From positions 16,547 through 80,546 of the forward strand of contig NZ_JAUMYS010000001.1 in NCBI RefSeq assembly GCF_030528505.1: 64,000 nt of DNA, read 5' to 3'. The notes beneath the pieces are model-generated. The model was given only the letters and a program-made list of their open reading frames with translations, was not told the origin of the DNA and made no database searches. Positions 1 to 9,912 of this stretch are shown here, one piece after another; positions within the stretch are counted from its first letter, which is position 1, and the number at the start of each line of letters is the position of its first letter. The position numbers and the translations under genes were made by a program. The stretch is from Tannerella sp. (GTDB taxonomy: Bacteria > Bacteroidota > Bacteroidia > Bacteroidales > Tannerellaceae).

Positions 1-797
1 CCGGATTGCCCTTTCTTTGTCGTTACGATGATAGCACCGTTCTGTGCACGTGAACCGTACATGGCAGCCGCATTCGCACCTTTGAGAACCGAGATCGACT
101 CAATGTCTTCCGGATTAATTTCGGAAGCACCACCTTCGGCGTCACGACCTCCCCACTGATCGGCTTTCTGGTTTACATCATCGCTGATGGGAATTCCGTC
201 TACCACCCACAACGGCTGGTTGTTTCCACTCAACGATGTCGTACCGCGAAGAACTACACGGGTAGAACCGCCAACCCCTGTAGCCGATTGATTAATTTGT
301 ACTCCCGCCACTTTGCCTTGCAACATGTTGGCGACACTTACGGAACGGTTCTCCGTGAGCCCTTCCGTTTTAATCTCCTGCATCGCATAACCTAATGCTT
401 TCTTTTCGCGCTTAATACCCAGTGCTGTTACAACGACCTCATCAAGTAACTCCGAGTCTTCAGCTAACGATACATGTATAACAAGTTGATCTTTTACCGG
501 AACTTCAACATTTTTAAAACCGATAAAAGAGATAACTAGTATGTCGCTCGAGGATACCTGAATGGAAAAATCGCCATCCACACCCGTTACGACACCATTC
601 GTCGTACCTTTTACATACACATTCGCACCGATAATCGGTTCACCCGAACGGTCTTTTACCGTTCCCTTGATCTCTTTTTGCTGAGTTACGACCGTTACTC
701 CAGCAAACTTTTCCGCATGCAATATCGAAACAGGAACCCCCATCAGACACGATAGGAGTAATACGCTCGATAATCGCTTTTTTACATTCACATTCAT
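1..797 (-). CDS. SusC/RagA-family TonB-linked outer membrane receptor, N-terminal part (gene continues beyond window start)
   Basis: Hand translation of the reverse strand from the ATG at 797: MNVNVKKRLSSVLLLSCLMGVPVSILHAEKFAGVTVVTQQKEIKGTVKDRSGEPIIGANVYVKGTTNGVVTGVDGDFSIQ. This is a signal peptide followed by a carboxypeptidase-regulatory-like domain, typical of SusC N-termini. It is not in the ORF track because it runs off the window edge. Confidence 0.85.
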   Translation of the reverse strand, partial: MNVNVKKRLSSVLLLSCLMGVPVSILHAEKFAGVTVVTQQKEIKGTVKDRSGEPIIGANVYVKGTTNGVVTGVDGDFSIQVSSSDILVISFIGFKNVEVPVKDQLVIHVSLAEDSELLDEVVVTALGIKREKKALGYAMQEIKTEGLTENRSVSVANMLQGKVAGVQINQSATGVGGSTRVVLRGTTSLSGNNQPLWVVDGIPISDDVNQKADQWGGRDAEGGASEINPEDIESISVLKGANAAAMYGSRAQNGAIIVTTKKGQS

Positions 798-933
798 TTT
801 CAATTCTTTTGCTATTAGTAATTTAGTTTCTTTTCTGTTAACCAGACTATTTATCAGTTTTTTGACATACAAAATATTAGCCGAAAAACAAATCGTTCTT
901 CGGCCATATCTGAAAATCTTTTATTTACCCTAC

Positions 934-2652
934 TTACGCGCTACTGTCCTTCCAGCGGATTTCCGCGCCTTGCGCCTGTATCCGTTGCTGGAATTCGGAG
1001 AGAAGCGTTCTGTCTTCGCGGACAGCGCGCGGAAGCACTTTCTTTTCCTTCGCATAGGCGAGCAGCATTCCGACTGCTTCGCCGATACTCCATTCAACCG
1101 GATGCAAACGGTAACAACCGTTCGTGATATGGGTCGTCCCGATATTTTTGCAGGCTGGCAATACGTTATCGACCCGTTGCGGGATCAAAGCGCCCAATGG
1201 TATCTGGAACGGCAGCGAATCCACATCGATGTAATTATCTCCGCCGAACGACGGATGGAGATCGATGCGATAGTAGCCGATGCCGATACTGTCGTAGAAT
1301 TCGGCGGCTTTTGTCTCGCCCGTAGCGAGCTTGCGGTTTTCCTTCCCGACATGCTCTTCCGTGACGGTAAACATGGCCTTGATGCGTCGTGCTTCACGGA
1401 TATACGGATATTTGGCCATCCCGTCGTCCGTACCGAGCACGTCGCCGCGCAGGCGTAATCCGGGCCATCCCGTGCCGCCGTCAGGACGCGGAGCCTCAGT
1501 CTGCAACCAATAGAACAGCGATAAATTCAGCTGTTTGGCCTGAGCCACATGTTTCTCAAATTCCATGTCGGACACATCGAGCAGGTTCCCGAGCAGGTAA
1601 TCGTTTTGAGGCCAGTTGACGATCGTGATGTCTCCGCTGTACAATCCCGGCGTAAAGTTTTTACGGGAAATGATTTTCCGGTAGTTCCAGAGGTTGAACA
1701 CGCTGAGTTCGTTTCCTTCGGGATGGAATCCGGCCTGTCGCGTTTTCAGCGTAATCGGATCAGGATAGCTCAGATCGATCAGACGCCCAGACCAGGCAGG
1801 TTTCAACGACGGGATATAATCGCGCCAAAAAGCATAATCTGCGGGTTTGTCGATCGTCAGATTTGCCCCCGGCACATAATCCATCGCGAAACATACGGTA
1901 AACGCCTGGTTGTTCGTCGGCATTGCTTCGGCTGCGGCATGCAGCTCGTTCGTTTCCGACTTCGCTTCTGCACCGGTCACATATTCTGTTTTTGTCAACG
2001 GCAGCAAGTCGCCGCATTCGGTGGCATCCACAAAATAGGGGGCGGAGAGCGTCATGGAGTGACCCGTCTCCTTGCAATATACCTCAACGGCACGTACCGA
2101 GTCGCCTTTTACTTCGGCTTGCCGTGCTTTGTAGCCAAGCAAGATTTTGAGTTTGCCGGCGCTCAGGTAAGGCAATAGCATCTCCGTCAGCACAGCTACT
2201 GACACGATGGGTTCGTGGCAGAGGTGGGACACGAGTCCGTCGCCGGGATTGAGGAATTGGCGGGCACGCGCTTCGTCGGTCAACGGGTAATTGCGCCGGT
2301 AGTATTCACGGACTTTATTCCGGAAGGTACGATACGAAGCCGGTGCGCCGTGCGTCTCGATCCACGGATGCTCATCGGGAGGAACGCCTTGTTGCGATAC
2401 CTGTCCGCCGATCCAGTCGGTCTCTTCGGTCATGACGACGTTCAGTCCGTTGCGACATGCGGCCAGTGCCGCGGCACAGCCTCCGAATCCTCCGCCGATA
2501 ATAACGATATCCGTTCGTTGCTCCTTCGTTGCTTCTTCGTTCGCCGGAAAATACGTTTTATTACTAAAATTCATTCCTCCCGCATTCGATAGAGACCATA
2601 AGCTACTGCCTCCGGCCAATGCGGCGTATGTCAAGAATTGTCTGCGTTTCAT
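934..2652 (-). CDS. FAD-dependent oxidoreductase with twin-arginine (Tat) signal peptide
   Basis: ORF 934..2688; the likely start is the internal Met giving MKRRQFLTYAALAGG (an RRxFL Tat motif). GGGFGGCAAALAA is a Rossmann FAD-binding motif. The alternative start is at 2688. Confidence 0.8.
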   Translation of the reverse strand: MKRRQFLTYAALAGGSSLWSLSNAGGMNFSNKTYFPANEEATKEQRTDIVIIGGGFGGCAAALAACRNGLNVVMTEETDWIGGQVSQQGVPPDEHPWIETHGAPASYRTFRNKVREYYRRNYPLTDEARARQFLNPGDGLVSHLCHEPIVSVAVLTEMLLPYLSAGKLKILLGYKARQAEVKGDSVRAVEVYCKETGHSMTLSAPYFVDATECGDLLPLTKTEYVTGAEAKSETNELHAAAEAMPTNNQAFTVCFAMDYVPGANLTIDKPADYAFWRDYIPSLKPAWSGRLIDLSYPDPITLKTRQAGFHPEGNELSVFNLWNYRKIISRKNFTPGLYSGDITIVNWPQNDYLLGNLLDVSDMEFEKHVAQAKQLNLSLFYWLQTEAPRPDGGTGWPGLRLRGDVLGTDDGMAKYPYIREARRIKAMFTVTEEHVGKENRKLATGETKAAEFYDSIGIGYYRIDLHPSFGGDNYIDVDSLPFQIPLGALIPQRVDNVLPACKNIGTTHITNGCYRLHPVEWSIGEAVGMLLAYAKEKKVLPRAVREDRTLLSEFQQRIQAQGAEIRWKDSSA

Positions 2653-2665
2653 GAAATCTTTTCTA

Positions 2666-4072
2666 TTATTTTTTCCAATATTTTTCAATTTCTTCCAGTG
2701 TTTTTCCGGTTGTTTCCGGAACCAGTTTCCATATAATTAAAATATAAGGTACACACATGATGGCGAAGAGGAAGAATGTCCCCGCCGGTGTCAGATTTTG
2801 CAACATCCACGGTGTCAGCTGTCCGATCAGATACGTCCCGATCCACAAGGCAAAGCCTGCTATCGACATGGCCAGCCCGCGTACTTTCGTCGGGTACATC
2901 TCGGAAAGTAAAACCCATACAACGGCACAAATCGAAACGGCACAACAGAAAATATACAGCAGAAAGAACGTCAGCAGGAAGAGGCTCGAAATGCCGAGCG
3001 CTTCACCGTAAATAAAATACAGCCCGATTAGCAGCAACGAACCGATCATTCCCGATACCCCATAATAAACGAGCTTCTTGCGTCCGACCCGGTCGATGAT
3101 CACTAAAGCCAGCACGGTCGTCAGCATATTCACCAGACCTACCAGTACCTGATAGAACAACGAGTCGCCGCCGGACAAGCCCGCATTTTCAAAAATCGTC
3201 GGGCCGTAATACAACACGGCATTGACGCCCATAAACTGTCCCAGAATGGCAATGCCGACACCGATAACGACCGCTTTGAAGATACCCGGCGTAAACAGTA
3301 CCGACCATTCGGACTTCCCTTCGGAGGCGACGGACTGTTTCGTTTCGCCGACCTGCATCCGCACATCTTCTTCCGAAACGTATACTTTCCGCAAAATGCC
3401 AGCGGCACGCGCCTCGTCCCCTTTCAGAATGAGCCAACGCGGACTCTCGGGGATCAGGAAAATGATCACGAAGAAAAGTGCGGCGGGAAAGGTTTCCATT
3501 CCCAACATGCCACGCCATACTTCCTCGATGAAAATCTTACCGAAAAACGTCCCGGACGACGTAGCCTGCAAATAGGGATTCTCCGCATATCCGAGAAGTC
3601 GGAAGTTAACTAAATAAGCAGCCAAAAATCCGACCGTGATGGCCAACTGATACAGTGAGACAAGCCTCCCTCGATATTCGGCAACGGCCAGCTCCGAAAT
3701 GTATAACGGCGAAATAATCGACACCACACCGATCCCCACCCCTCCGATAATCCGGTAGATCACCAGCTGGTTGAAGTCGGCACAGACGGCACAGCCAATG
3801 GCCGAGACCGTAAACAGTACGGCGGCGAGCAACATCGTCTTTCTTCGTCCGATCGCGTCGCCCAATACTCCTGCGAATGCGACGCCCGTAATCGAACCGA
3901 TCAGTGCGCAGCCTACATACCAGCCCTGCTGAATGGCATCGAGCCCAAACTGAAGGCTTACCTGCGAAACGGTACCGGAGATTACGGCCGTGTCGTACCC
4001 GAACAGAAAACCGCCGAGCGCCGCGACGACAGAGAGAAAAATCAAATATCCGAAATGAACGTTCGATTTCAT
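2666..4072 (-). CDS. MFS transporter, sugar porter family (XylE/AraE-like sugar:H+ symporter)
   Basis: Sugar-porter signatures are present: GRRKTMLLAAVLF, PESPRWL and LFGYDTAVISG. The translation is consistent with 12 predicted TM helices. Confidence 0.9.
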   Translation of the reverse strand: MKSNVHFGYLIFLSVVAALGGFLFGYDTAVISGTVSQVSLQFGLDAIQQGWYVGCALIGSITGVAFAGVLGDAIGRRKTMLLAAVLFTVSAIGCAVCADFNQLVIYRIIGGVGIGVVSIISPLYISELAVAEYRGRLVSLYQLAITVGFLAAYLVNFRLLGYAENPYLQATSSGTFFGKIFIEEVWRGMLGMETFPAALFFVIIFLIPESPRWLILKGDEARAAGILRKVYVSEEDVRMQVGETKQSVASEGKSEWSVLFTPGIFKAVVIGVGIAILGQFMGVNAVLYYGPTIFENAGLSGGDSLFYQVLVGLVNMLTTVLALVIIDRVGRKKLVYYGVSGMIGSLLLIGLYFIYGEALGISSLFLLTFFLLYIFCCAVSICAVVWVLLSEMYPTKVRGLAMSIAGFALWIGTYLIGQLTPWMLQNLTPAGTFFLFAIMCVPYILIIWKLVPETTGKTLEEIEKYWKK

Positions 4073-4075
4073 GGC

Positions 4076-5185
4076 TTATCCGATCTCAAAATATTCCTTG
4101 TAACGGTTATACAGGTGTCCGGCTTGCAGATAGGCCGACTGCGGACTCATGAAATGAGAGAACTCGAACGTAATGGCCTTGTCGTATCCGGCGCGCGCTG
4201 CCGCTTCGAGCTTCATCCGCAACTTATCGAATTTGATCGGTAAGAAGCGGATCGGCATGTCACGGTCGAACGATTCGGCGTTCGTCCAGCACTTCATGCC
4301 GTATTTGTCAGCCATCTTTTTATTGACCTCAAAAAATGCGTCCAGTTCGTCGTAATCGATATGTCCATCCTGAAAGGCGCATGCGTCTACTACATCGCAG
4401 ATACCGGAGAAAATCTCACTCCACTCTTTTTCATGCTCCTGTACCGAAACAGCGTCCGCCTTCGTCAGCTTGCCTCCACTGGCCATGACGGCCTTCTTTC
4501 CGTCGATCCATGGTGAAATAAACGTCGGCAGTCCGCCCGAAACGTCCTTACACTGCTTACCCATGGCATGAAACGCGTCGATTGCTCCTTTCGTCTGACG
4601 GCTGATTTCTCCGCTGATATACCAGCCGCCGAAACTTTTATATTTCCCGTAGTTTTGCCAGACTTCGTCAATCACATATTTATTGTCTTCGATCTCCCAA
4701 CTCAGGTCGCCCGTATCCCAGTACCGTCCGGAGTCGTACAATCCGAAATAATATTTCATGCCGTACTTATCGGCGAGTCGCAGAAACATGTCCACCAGAT
4801 CGACCGAAGGCATATAACAGCCTTTGCCCAGCAAGTATTTTGAGGGATAGGTGATAAACTTGCGATAACCGGAACGTATTTGAATGACGGTGTCGATTCC
4901 AATTTCCTTCATGTGGCGGAAATCTCTGTCCCATTCTTTTTCTCCCCAGTTTTGGTGGGGGATGTCATGCGAAATCTCGTCCAAAAAGGTACCTGTGATT
5001 TTTAACCCCTGCCCTTTCGGAACAATCAGACGGCTCTCAAGTGCTGATGTCTGTTCTTCATGATATTTATGGGATGATTCACTCTGCGACTGTTTTGTAC
5101 ATCCCGACAAAGCCGGGACGGCCATCGCCGAAGCTCCCGCTACAGCGGCCTGCTTTAAAAATTCTCTGCGATTATTTATCTTCAT
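4076..5185 (-). CDS. Tat-signal lipoprotein, DUF4434-like putative glycoside-hydrolase-fold (TIM barrel) protein
   Basis: The N-terminus MKINNRREFLKQAAVAGASAMAVPALSGC carries a Tat motif and a lipobox Cys. The body resembles the DUF4434 family often found beside FAD oxidoreductases in Bacteroides polysaccharide-utilisation loci. The family assignment is from memory. Confidence 0.55.
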   Translation of the reverse strand: MKINNRREFLKQAAVAGASAMAVPALSGCTKQSQSESSHKYHEEQTSALESRLIVPKGQGLKITGTFLDEISHDIPHQNWGEKEWDRDFRHMKEIGIDTVIQIRSGYRKFITYPSKYLLGKGCYMPSVDLVDMFLRLADKYGMKYYFGLYDSGRYWDTGDLSWEIEDNKYVIDEVWQNYGKYKSFGGWYISGEISRQTKGAIDAFHAMGKQCKDVSGGLPTFISPWIDGKKAVMASGGKLTKADAVSVQEHEKEWSEIFSGICDVVDACAFQDGHIDYDELDAFFEVNKKMADKYGMKCWTNAESFDRDMPIRFLPIKFDKLRMKLEAAARAGYDKAITFEFSHFMSPQSAYLQAGHLYNRYKEYFEIG

Positions 5186-5712
5186 TGCTTTTTGTTTTTA
5201 GCGCAAATATAAATACTTTTTTATTAACCCCAGTCGAAATAATAAACAGGATTTCTATTTTTCAGATATAAAAATAAAATAATTTATTAACCAAGCCTTC
5301 ATCATTAAGCTGTATCTCCTTTTAATGTTATGAACAAGACTTTTCCGGCACAGGTTAAGGCTCTGTTTGCAACGTAGAACAACTCGTCGCTGCTCACGTA
5401 CCTTGTGGTTTTGTTCTCTTTCCTTCCATATTCTCCACCATATTTCGGCGAAGTTGAGATGTGGAGAGAATGTTTATCGTCGGATTGTTTTCATTCACCG
5501 TCGAATGATTTTCATTCTTTTGAGCGTATATGACACAAAGGGGTTAAAGTAGAAAAACAGTTGAGAATATAACCAATGAAAACAGAGTCCTGAAAGGGCA
5601 TGTTCATTCAGCCCAATGCGCATCCTTAGGAAAAAAGCAATCCCCTCGATAGAGAGCTGAAAGCCTGAAATCTATTTATGGTAAACGGTTAAGAGAAGTG
5701 TTTTTGTGAGTT

Positions 5713-6171
5713 CTACCGTGACGGATACATCATGGGGATCATTTCTCCATCGTCGGTGATTCGATAAAGTTTCTGGTTCGTTGTCGGTGAAGAAAGAGGG
5801 CCTAAACGCTCGATGTACGGCCCTAACTTAATGTATTGAAAGTGGTGAACGGGAAAGTCGGACGGCAGTACGGAACGTCCCGAATACCATCCGACTTTGA
5901 TTGTTGTTGTTTGTTTTAGGAATGCCGCAAGCCGTGCCACTTCGTACGGTTCTGCATCACCGCCCATAAAGCACAAGCAGGTCACAGCGTTTCCGTAGCA
6001 GCCGAGGAGCCCGGCTAATGTTTCTTCCGTCAGCGGTTCGCCCCGATCTTCCTGAAGCCACCAGCTGTGGCAGCCCGGACAACCGTTCGGGCAGTTCGAA
6101 AGATTCAGGGCGAGCGTCGTCTCATCGGGTATTTCACGAAAAACGATATCGTAGCTAACGTATTTCAACAT
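5713..6171 (-). CDS. nrdG: anaerobic ribonucleoside-triphosphate reductase activating protein (radical SAM)
   Basis: Size is 152 aa. The NCPNGCPGCHSWW cysteine cluster is characteristic of NrdG. The ORF overlaps the 3' end of nrdD by 7 bp. Confidence 0.85.
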   Translation of the reverse strand: MLKYVSYDIVFREIPDETTLALNLSNCPNGCPGCHSWWLQEDRGEPLTEETLAGLLGCYGNAVTCLCFMGGDAEPYEVARLAAFLKQTTTIKVGWYSGRSVLPSDFPVHHFQYIKLGPYIERLGPLSSPTTNQKLYRITDDGEMIPMMYPSR

Positions 6172-8300
6172 GACATCTCATGGACAACCGGCTTCTTTCC
6201 CACCGACTGTTTCGCGGCATTGATATTTTCGTAATATCGCCTCGAAGCCTCCTTCTGCCGGGCGAGCGAGAAGTTGCTCACACGTTTCATATAGCCGATA
6301 ACGCGCGTCAGGTAATCCACTTGCTGACTATGGCAAACGGGACAGGCCTTAAGATGACGCTTATCGATATGACCGCATTCTTTGCACAGCGTGTTCGGAA
6401 TGTTAAATGTAAAATAATTACACCCTTCGGCTGCGGCAACACGCAAGAGCTGGCGATATTGCGTTTGTGAGAGATGCTCGTCCAGATTGGCATGGAGCGC
6501 CGAACCACCGGTCAGATGCTCGATGTATTTGCGTCCGTGCAGACGGAATTTATCGATCAGGTTCAACGACTCGTCTTCGACAATGTAGAAGTAACTGTTA
6601 TAACACTCGCGCGGAACGACGAAGCCGTCTTCTTTGTCCCACTTGGCATGTTTGACGCCTACATTCTCGGCCGGGATCATCTCGCAGTTGAACATCACTT
6701 CGTTCGTGCGGTACTTCTTATTGTAACGTTCGATAAGCCCGAGTACTTCCTGCACGAATGCCGTGTATTGCGGGTTATCGCTGATTTCGATACCGAGGTA
6801 TTCGGCCGCTTCGACAAGTCCGTTCACGCCGATGGTCAGGTATTGCCGGTTCATATTGATATAACCCGCATCGAAGAGAGGCAACATACCTTTGGAGTGT
6901 AACATCTTGAGGTTCTCGTTGTAACCGAGCTGCACCTTGTGTACCAGATCGACGATGTCTTCGAGATACATCATATAAGGGAGGCTCCGTTGGTGGGCGT
7001 ACTGTATGCAACGATTCAGGTTAATGGTCAACACGCTTTTCGAGCCGGTCGAGACGCCTCCCGCTCCGAGCGTATAGCTGAACCCGTTGTCTTGTATTTC
7101 GTTGCGTAGCCGGCAACAGCTCGAAAGCGAATCGGCATTGTCGCTGATATACGTGAAGAAGGAGTGTCCTTCGGCATACATCTCGGCCGTGAAATCGCCG
7201 TATTCCTTATCTTTTACATCGCCATTTTCGGTAAGTAACGCCATCGTTTCGACGGGGAATGTCAACACGGTCTTGGTGCGTTCTTTATTGAACCATTTCA
7301 TAAAGCGCTTCTGTAACCAACTGAGCGACTCCCAGTGCGGGCGGCTGCCGTCGGGGAAGACGAACTCACCGAAGAGACTCTCGAAATAGTACCGGTCGTA
7401 GTAGGCCACGTTCCAGAAAACAGCCTGAAAGTTACGCGCTCCCGTCGGCTGATTGATCGAATAGACGACCTGCTCGAAGCAATCGGTAATCACTTTGTCG
7501 ATGCTCCGCCGTTTGAGCGACAAATCGGCATCGCGGTCGGGATGCAGGTAATAATCTTCGCCATATTCCTTTTGGATGAAATAGTTCATATACATCAGGA
7601 ATTCGGGTGTGGCACACGCTCCGGAAAGCATGCTTGAGACGATGAAAACCATATTTACGAAGCCTCCGCAGAACGATTTCAGATTGCTCGGAGCCGTTGA
7701 GTTCCCATCGATCGATTTTGTGCCGCCGATCAGCCACGGATACATCGTGATACTCGCGCAGTAGTTGGCAAGGCTCGTTTCGTCGTTCTTGTAGATGAAA
7801 TGACGGTTGAGCAACGAGAGGTATTTATCCGAAAGCTCTTTGCCGTACATCTCCTTGAGACGGTCGGTCAGCAGGCGGCGATTCAGGCGGATGAAGTTCT
7901 GCTTGGGCAGTTCGCCGATCAGCGTGGCGATGTTCTTGTGCTCCACATTGGCGTTGGCGTCGAACTTACTCCCTGTGGCGGCGTTTTTCGCGTCGCAGTA
8001 GTTCATCAGAAAAGCCAGCTTGTCACGCACTTCGCGGTCCTCAAGGTGTTTCTGTCGATAAAGGATATACGATTTGGCCACTTTATAGTAGCGTTCACAC
8101 ATAAGCGCCGTTTCGACTTGGTTCTGAATTTCTTCGACCGACATGCCGTCTTTGATCTGTACATGTCCGAGTATCGAGGTCAAGTCTTCGTCCGACGGGA
8201 AACAGCCGACCGAGAGGAAAGCCTTGGTCACAGCGTTCTTAATCTTGTCGATGGAGAAAAGCTCTTTTTTCCCATCACGTTTCGTGATAAATGTTTCCAT
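6165..8300 (-). CDS. nrdD: anaerobic ribonucleoside-triphosphate reductase (class III RNR)
   Basis: An ATP-cone is present at the N-terminus (METFITKRDGKKELFSIDKIKNAV). A C-terminal Zn ribbon (CKECGH...CPVCH) and a glycyl-radical motif (TRVIGYM) are present. The ORF track extends to 8390; I prefer the start at the METFITK Met (8300). Confidence 0.9.
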   Translation of the reverse strand: METFITKRDGKKELFSIDKIKNAVTKAFLSVGCFPSDEDLTSILGHVQIKDGMSVEEIQNQVETALMCERYYKVAKSYILYRQKHLEDREVRDKLAFLMNYCDAKNAATGSKFDANANVEHKNIATLIGELPKQNFIRLNRRLLTDRLKEMYGKELSDKYLSLLNRHFIYKNDETSLANYCASITMYPWLIGGTKSIDGNSTAPSNLKSFCGGFVNMVFIVSSMLSGACATPEFLMYMNYFIQKEYGEDYYLHPDRDADLSLKRRSIDKVITDCFEQVVYSINQPTGARNFQAVFWNVAYYDRYYFESLFGEFVFPDGSRPHWESLSWLQKRFMKWFNKERTKTVLTFPVETMALLTENGDVKDKEYGDFTAEMYAEGHSFFTYISDNADSLSSCCRLRNEIQDNGFSYTLGAGGVSTGSKSVLTINLNRCIQYAHQRSLPYMMYLEDIVDLVHKVQLGYNENLKMLHSKGMLPLFDAGYINMNRQYLTIGVNGLVEAAEYLGIEISDNPQYTAFVQEVLGLIERYNKKYRTNEVMFNCEMIPAENVGVKHAKWDKEDGFVVPRECYNSYFYIVEDESLNLIDKFRLHGRKYIEHLTGGSALHANLDEHLSQTQYRQLLRVAAAEGCNYFTFNIPNTLCKECGHIDKRHLKACPVCHSQQVDYLTRVIGYMKRVSNFSLARQKEASRRYYENINAAKQSVGKKPVVHEMSC

Positions 8301-8399
8301 CTGTTCCTGTATTATATAATGTATGCAAATTCTGCCTCTCTTTGTAAGTCCTTCCACCCGAGAACTTCCATATTTTGTTTCGTGTATCACGGCAGGTCT

Positions 8400-8560
8400 T
8401 CTGACTTGTTCCGGGCGGCACGCCTTCCCGCTCCGTCGCCGACGAGAGCAGTGGCCTTAGATGGTGCCGTCCGCGTATGGCGGAACTTACAGCTACGGGG
8501 ATAGTTCCGGACTTGCACCGGATTCCCATTTTCATTCCTTGTTGCGTCGTGCAACGCGGA
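8400..8560 (-). promoter_or_regulatory. cobalamin (B12) riboswitch in the nrdDG 5' leader
   Basis: The reverse complement reads ...AAGGAAUGAAAAUGGGAAUCCGGUGCAAGUCCGGAACUAUCCCCGUAGCUGUAAG...GCGGACGGCACCAUCUAAGGCCACUGCUC...GGGAAGGCG. This aligns closely with the E. coli btuB element (AAUAGGGAAUCCAGUGCGAAUCUGGAGCUGACGCGCAGCGGUAAGG...GCGGACACUGCC...GGGAAGUC) and includes a GCCACUG B12 box. Confidence 0.7.
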
Positions 8561-8849
8561 AACCGTTTACGTGTACAAAGATAGAAAATTACCCATAGCT
8601 CCTTTACAGTAGCTGCCGAAAAAGTTTTCAACAAATCCACAATCAATGTATTGATGCAGCTTCTAACGATTTTTTGGAGAATAAAGCGGTGCAGACAGAG
8701 GGTTACAGTAGGCAAAGAACAAGAGAATCACGGGTATTTTTGATCGAAGGTGCCCCAAATAACAATTCCTGCCCTAAGCCCTTCGAAGGCTTTAGACAGG
8801 AATGTTTTCTCGCGCCTGACAGGCGGGCGCGTGTAATTTTTCAGAGGGG

Positions 8850-9251
8850 TTATACTCCGCTGAGCTTCGAGCGGATTCGTGCAGCCACTTCTGCCAACTG
8901 TTCGGATGTCGGTTCGAGCTTTTCCTTCCCGAAGTGCATGTCGGACTCTTTCTGCATAGGTACCAGATGGATGTGCGCATGCGGCACTTCCAGTCCGATA
9001 ACGGTCACCCCGATGCGCTTGCAAGGAATAGCCTGTTTCTGCGCGGATGCGATTTTCTTGGCGAAAGCCATCATGCGTCCCAACCGTTCGTCGTCGATAT
9101 CGAAAAGATAATCGATTTCTTCCTTGGGGATGACAAGCGTATGTCCTTCGGCCAAAGGACGAATATCGAGAAAAGCGAAAAATTCATCGTTTTCTGCGAT
9201 CTTGTGGCACGGTATTTCACCGTTGACGATTTTGCTGAAAATAGTAGCCAT
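8850..9251 (-). CDS. HIT-family (histidine triad) nucleotide hydrolase
   Basis: The HAHIHLVP histidine triad motif is present. The likely start is MATIFSKIVNGEIPCHKI (9251) rather than the track start at 9290. Confidence 0.85.
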   Translation of the reverse strand: MATIFSKIVNGEIPCHKIAENDEFFAFLDIRPLAEGHTLVIPKEEIDYLFDIDDERLGRMMAFAKKIASAQKQAIPCKRIGVTVIGLEVPHAHIHLVPMQKESDMHFGKEKLEPTSEQLAEVAARIRSKLSGV

Positions 9252-9264
9252 AATGGATGTCTTA

Positions 9265-9735
9265 TTAAATCGATATTTCCATGATTTCAAACTTCATCAT
9301 GCCCGAAGGGACTTGGATTTCGGCGATGTCGCCTACTTTCTTTCCCATCAGTCCCTGTGCGATGGGTGTACTGACGGCGATTTTGTTCTCTTTCAAGTTG
9401 GCTTCCGAATCGGATACGAGCGTATAAGTCATGACGGCTTTGTTTTGCAGATTTTTGATTTTCACCTTGTTCATAATCTGTACAACATCCGTCTTGATCT
9501 GTGCTTCATCGATAAGCCGCGCGTTGGAGATCAGCCCTTTGAGTTGAGCAATTTTCCCTTCCAAAATACCTTGCGCTTCTTTGGCGGCATCGTATTCCGC
9601 ATTTTCGGAAAGGTCGCCTTTGTCGCGTGCCTCTGCGATCTGTGCTGATATCTCAGGACGTTTGACGCTTTCGAGATAATTGATTTCGGCCAGAATCTTG
9701 TTGTAGCCTTCTTCTGTCATGTACGTAACAGCCAT
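9265..9735 (-). CDS. greA: transcription elongation factor GreA
   Basis: Size is 156 aa. The N-terminal coiled coil (YMTEEGYNKILAEINYLESVKRPEISAQIAEARDKGDLSENAEYDAAKEAQ) and the C-terminal FKBP-like domain are present. Confidence 0.9.
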   Translation of the reverse strand: MAVTYMTEEGYNKILAEINYLESVKRPEISAQIAEARDKGDLSENAEYDAAKEAQGILEGKIAQLKGLISNARLIDEAQIKTDVVQIMNKVKIKNLQNKAVMTYTLVSDSEANLKENKIAVSTPIAQGLMGKKVGDIAEIQVPSGMMKFEIMEISI

Positions 9736-9912
9736 TTGTATGTCCTCCCTCGTCGTTTAATTAAAAGATAAAAAAAGAATCCCGGTCAAGAAAGGCTCTG
9801 ACCGGAATCCAAATGTTTATTACTTATTACTCGGGTGCAAAAGTAACGGATATTTTACAGATATGCAAATCTTGAAATGCTGCTTTATAACATCATACCG
9901 GATTCCTTTTCT

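Noticed and set aside
8275-9111. Several 100-146-aa ORFs on both strands lie in the nrdD upstream region.
   Set aside because: The region is better explained as a long structured 5' leader (cobalamin riboswitch) plus the HIT gene. The ORF translations have no coding character.
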